Assembly: GCA_963745075.1 (NCBI GenBank)
Contig: CAVUWV010000027.1
Span: forward strand, 128,001-192,000
Length of the DNA: 64,000 nt
Reading direction: 5' to 3'
Source: Candidatus Hydrogenedentota bacterium
Lineage (GTDB): Bacteria; Hydrogenedentota; Hydrogenedentia; Hydrogenedentales; SLHB01
Each line of letters begins with the position of its first letter. Position 1 is the stretch's first letter. Shown here one piece after another: positions 61,136 through 64,000 of this stretch. The notes under the pieces were generated by a model. The model had not been told where the DNA came from, ran no database searches, and worked only from the letters and a program-made list of their open reading frames with translations. Position numbers and translations under genes: made by a program.

Positions 61136-62305
61136 ATGAGTATCGATCCCAAAGACGCCGCCAACCGGTTCGAATCGCAATTCGGCGCGCCACCGGAAAT
61201 CCTCGTCCGTGCACCCGGCCGCGTGAATCTCATCGGGGAACACACCGACTACAACCACGGCTTCGTGCTGCCCATGGCTATCGATCGGGACACCGCGATC
61301 GCGGCCCGGTCCCGGGCGGATGATGTCCTGCGTATTTACGCCGCAAACTTGGACGATTGGGGCCAATGTCGCGTGGGCAAATGGGAGCGTTCCGATACGC
61401 ATCCCTGGAGCGACTACATTGCCGGGGTGGGCCAAGAAGTCGAGCGGCTCGAACGGCCGGTGCGTGGTGCGGATGTCCTTCTCCTTGGAGATGTTCCCAT
61501 CGGCGCGGGTCTCAGCAGCTCCGCCAGTGTGGAAATGGCCGCCCTGGCCCTGTTCGAAACCCTGGGCGATTTTACGCTGCAACCTGCCGAGGCGGCGGCG
61601 CTGGGGCAACGGGTGGAGAACGATTTTCTGGGGGTCTCCAGTGGCATTATGGATCAGTTCGTTGTTCGAGCGGCTCAATCCGGTCACGCGCTGTTTCTCG
61701 ATTGCCGATCCCTGGAATACGAGCAAGTCCCTGTCGGGCTTGATGATGCCGCGTTTGTGATCGCCGATACCGGCGTGGCGCGCGGTCTCGCCGGTTCGGC
61801 GTACAACGACCGGGTTCGCGAATGCGCCGAGGCGGTTCGAATCCTTCAAACGAAGACCAGCCGAAAGGGCACCCACCTTCGTGATTTCAGTCTCATCGAG
61901 TTGGACTTGGCCCAGGCAGACGTGTCCGACACAATTTTCCGCCGCGCCCGGCACGTTATTTCGGAGAATGCTCGCACACAGGAAGCCTGTGAGGCGCTGC
62001 GATCCGGCGACGCAGTCCGGCTTGGCGCGTTATTCAATGCTTCCGACCGGAGCCTTCGTGACGACTACGCCGTTACCTGCCCGGAATTGGATGCGATGAC
62101 CGCTATTGCCCGGTCCCTGCCCGGCTGCTACGGTAGCCGGATGACCGGGGCGGGCTTCGGGGGCTGCACCGTGCATTTGGTGGGTACAAATCACGCACGA
62201 GAATTCTGCGCGACCCTTCTAAATGCATATAATGCACAAATCGGGATCGGATGCGCTGTGTATACCACTTACCCAGCACGAGGGGCGTCCTCGCTCACGC
62301 TCTAA
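61136..62305 (+). CDS. galK: Galactokinase
   Basis: APGRVNLIGEHTDYN, PIGAGLSSSA, GIMDQ, RARHV.SEN, GSRMTGAGFGG. Confidence 0.96.
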   Translation: MSIDPKDAANRFESQFGAPPEILVRAPGRVNLIGEHTDYNHGFVLPMAIDRDTAIAARSRADDVLRIYAANLDDWGQCRVGKWERSDTHPWSDYIAGVGQEVERLERPVRGADVLLLGDVPIGAGLSSSASVEMAALALFETLGDFTLQPAEAAALGQRVENDFLGVSSGIMDQFVVRAAQSGHALFLDCRSLEYEQVPVGLDDAAFVIADTGVARGLAGSAYNDRVRECAEAVRILQTKTSRKGTHLRDFSLIELDLAQADVSDTIFRRARHVISENARTQEACEALRSGDAVRLGALFNASDRSLRDDYAVTCPELDAMTAIARSLPGCYGSRMTGAGFGGCTVHLVGTNHAREFCATLLNAYNAQIGIGCAVYTTYPARGASSLTL

Positions 62306-62440
62306 GCTTTACTGCTTTGATGATACCGTATATCCCGTAAGTGCCAAATATTCCTTTTTCTTGCGATCCCGTTTTGATCGTTTTATCGTATGTAATTTAT
62401 TGGTGTATAAGTGTTTACGAAGTAAAGAGATTATTGTTGT

Positions 62441-62469
62441 TTGCATTCTAAGGATTTGTTCGGCATAAT
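62441..62469 (+). promoter_or_regulatory. Sigma70-type promoter of the pilin operon
   Basis: TTGCAT-17 nt-CATAAT in an AT-rich intergenic region. Confidence 0.5.
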
Positions 62470-62600
62470 CATCGGAGGGAGAGGAAGTCGTATTGGCGGT
62501 CTCGACTGCCGATACTTTCTACCTTTTATTTGAATTGGTTGGAGATTACTGAAATTTGCGGCGAATCGAGACGATGAACCGAGTGAGGGTTTGCGCGGAC

Positions 62601-63101
62601 ATGCAAAACGACCTCAAAATAGCTTGGATGCGAGGCGGCCCCAAAGCCCTCCGCGAGGAGTGCGGGGTTACGCTCGTAGAACTGATGATCGCCGCCGGGG
62701 TTTTGGCAGTCGCCATTGTTCTTCTGCTCGGCGGTCTCATCTCGATCGGCGAAACCAACGCGATCACAGAGAACCAGACCGTCGCGAGCGCATATCTCGA
62801 AAGTGTCGTTGAGGAAACGCAAGCGCTTTCGTACGACCAATTACTGGCTTATCAGCCGCCCGCGATGACGGGGCTGGGCGCGAGTTCGACGATTCAAGTG
62901 CAATGTATGGATTCCGCCGGCAACCCCGTGATGCTGCCGGTGGACCCGGCGAGTCTCGGCGGGGCTCTGCCAAACCCCACGGAAGTTCAGATCACCGTGG
63001 TGTGGAACGACGTGCGTGGCCGCGTATTCACGGCGCGAACCTCGACCCTTTGCAGGAGATGGAGGCATGTACCGTTCGGAAGAAGGCATGACCTTGATTG
63101 A
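62601..63101 (+). CDS. Type IV minor pilin/pseudopilin (PilV/GspI-like)
   Basis: Prepilin motif G|VTLVELMIA plus hydrophobic helix; C-terminal VQITVVW; start and end uncertain. Confidence 0.8.
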   Translation: MQNDLKIAWMRGGPKALREECGVTLVELMIAAGVLAVAIVLLLGGLISIGETNAITENQTVASAYLESVVEETQALSYDQLLAYQPPAMTGLGASSTIQVQCMDSAGNPVMLPVDPASLGGALPNPTEVQITVVWNDVRGRVFTARTSTLCRRWRHVPFGRRHDLD

Positions 63102-63690
63102 ACTCATGATCGTCGTGGCGATTCTCACGTCGGTCTTGGGGCTCCTGTTTTTGCTGGGGGATAATCTCCAGCAGTCCGTGGCGGCGCGGGAGACCAAAGT
63201 AGCGACGCAGGACGACGTCCGCGTGGCGATGCAGCGGATCATGCTGGAGCTGCGCCAGAGCGCCCGGGCGTCCATTCCGTGGAATACCCTTCCCGGTGAG
63301 ACCATTTCGTATCAACGGGCCGAAGACCTCGACGGCAATGGTACGGCCGTAGATATCGGCGGGTTTTTGGAACTGGGTCCGCAACGAACGATTCAACGCG
63401 ATGTCAACGACGCGAATGGCGACGGTCGTACGACGACGCAGTTGGTGGTGATTGAAGGCGCGAACGCCACCGTTCTCGCGAATGGGCTGCTCGAGAACGA
63501 GGACGCGAACGCCAATGGCGTGCTGGATGCAGGGGAAGATGAGAACAACAACGGGGTCCTGGAACGCGGGGTGTGGTTCGAGTCCGTAGGGACTGGATTG
63601 CGAATAACGCTGCAGGCGCAGCGTTTGCCGGGACCGAGGAGCCAAGTGGTGACGTCGCAACTGACGGAGATCGTGGTTCCGAGGAACTAG
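63067..63690 (+). CDS. Type IV minor pilin (PilW/GspJ-like) with DxNGNG loops
   Basis: GGAGG RBS; G|MTLIELMIV; ELRQS; DLDGNG, DANGDG, DANANG, DENNNG; ends VVPRN. Confidence 0.85.
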   Translation: MYRSEEGMTLIELMIVVAILTSVLGLLFLLGDNLQQSVAARETKVATQDDVRVAMQRIMLELRQSARASIPWNTLPGETISYQRAEDLDGNGTAVDIGGFLELGPQRTIQRDVNDANGDGRTTTQLVVIEGANATVLANGLLENEDANANGVLDAGEDENNNGVLERGVWFESVGTGLRITLQAQRLPGPRSQVVTSQLTEIVVPRN

Positions 63691-63692
63691 CC

Positions 63693-64000
63693 ATGAAAAC
63701 ACACACTGCGAGAAACGAAGAAGGGATGGCGCTGCTTGTGGCGACAATCTTTGTGGCCATCGCCATCCTCATGCTGAGTGCGCTGTCCATGCGCGTGGTG
63801 CAACAGAACAGCCAATCGCTCCAGTACAAGTTCTACAACGATGCGTTCACGGGCGTTGAATCGGCCGTGGCGGAAAGTTGGGTGGAACTGGAACGAGGGC
63901 AAGACGGCATGATCGGCCTGGGAACCTGGGTCCCTCCCGTGGGGGCGGTCGGTCGCGTGTTGCCAACCTTCGATGATAGCGGCATCCTGCCGGAAATGAG
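63693..64000 (+). CDS. PilX/GspK-like minor pilin (runs off the window end)
   Basis: Not in the ORF track. MKTHTARNEEG|MALLVATIFVAIAILMLSAL..., a prepilin-like segment lacking Glu5, third in V-W-X order. Confidence 0.8.
   Translation, partial: MKTHTARNEEGMALLVATIFVAIAILMLSALSMRVVQQNSQSLQYKFYNDAFTGVESAVAESWVELERGQDGMIGLGTWVPPVGAVGRVLPTFDDSGILPEM

Overview
GC-rich bacterial chromosomal window with no rRNA, CRISPR array, integrase or transposase. Planctomycete-style DUF1501/DUF1549/DUF1553 genes and a giant ECF sigma fusion alongside rny-ymdB-smc and nqr suggest a lineage such as Ca. Hydrogenedentes; this is an inference only. Housekeeping content: GT4 (partial), smc, ymdB, rny, cheX, nqrABCDEF-apbE-nqrM, an MscK-like channel, tRNA-Ser(UGA), serA, icd, a sugar ABC ATPase, galK and the start of a type IV minor-pilin operon. 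Accessory highlights: (1) a five-gene exported cytochrome c/DUF1501/PPC/WD40 operon in which two proteins share a coiled-coil module, followed by an ECF sigma factor that, once two +1 frameshifts are repaired, is fused through a transmembrane helix to about 1000 extracytoplasmic residues ending in a CPPC thioredoxin; (2) a ~1.7 kb cassette (39041-40774) with a Cys/His-rich HGG-motif gene bracketed by direct composite GGAC-core tandem arrays and containing REP-like palindromes, near two tandem paralogous unknown genes and tRNA-Ser; (3) eukaryote-like myo-inositol oxygenase and secernin genes separated by a MITE-like inverted repeat; (4) a stand-alone MshEN protein, a sensor-less kinase with a degenerate G1 box, and an epimerase-aminotransferase fusion/amidohydrolase/ATP-grasp/ArnC-like amino-sugar cluster; (5) a structured, possibly 6S-like RNA in the rny leader. 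The repeated single-base insertions (ECF gene, nqrF) are most simply sequencing or assembly errors.
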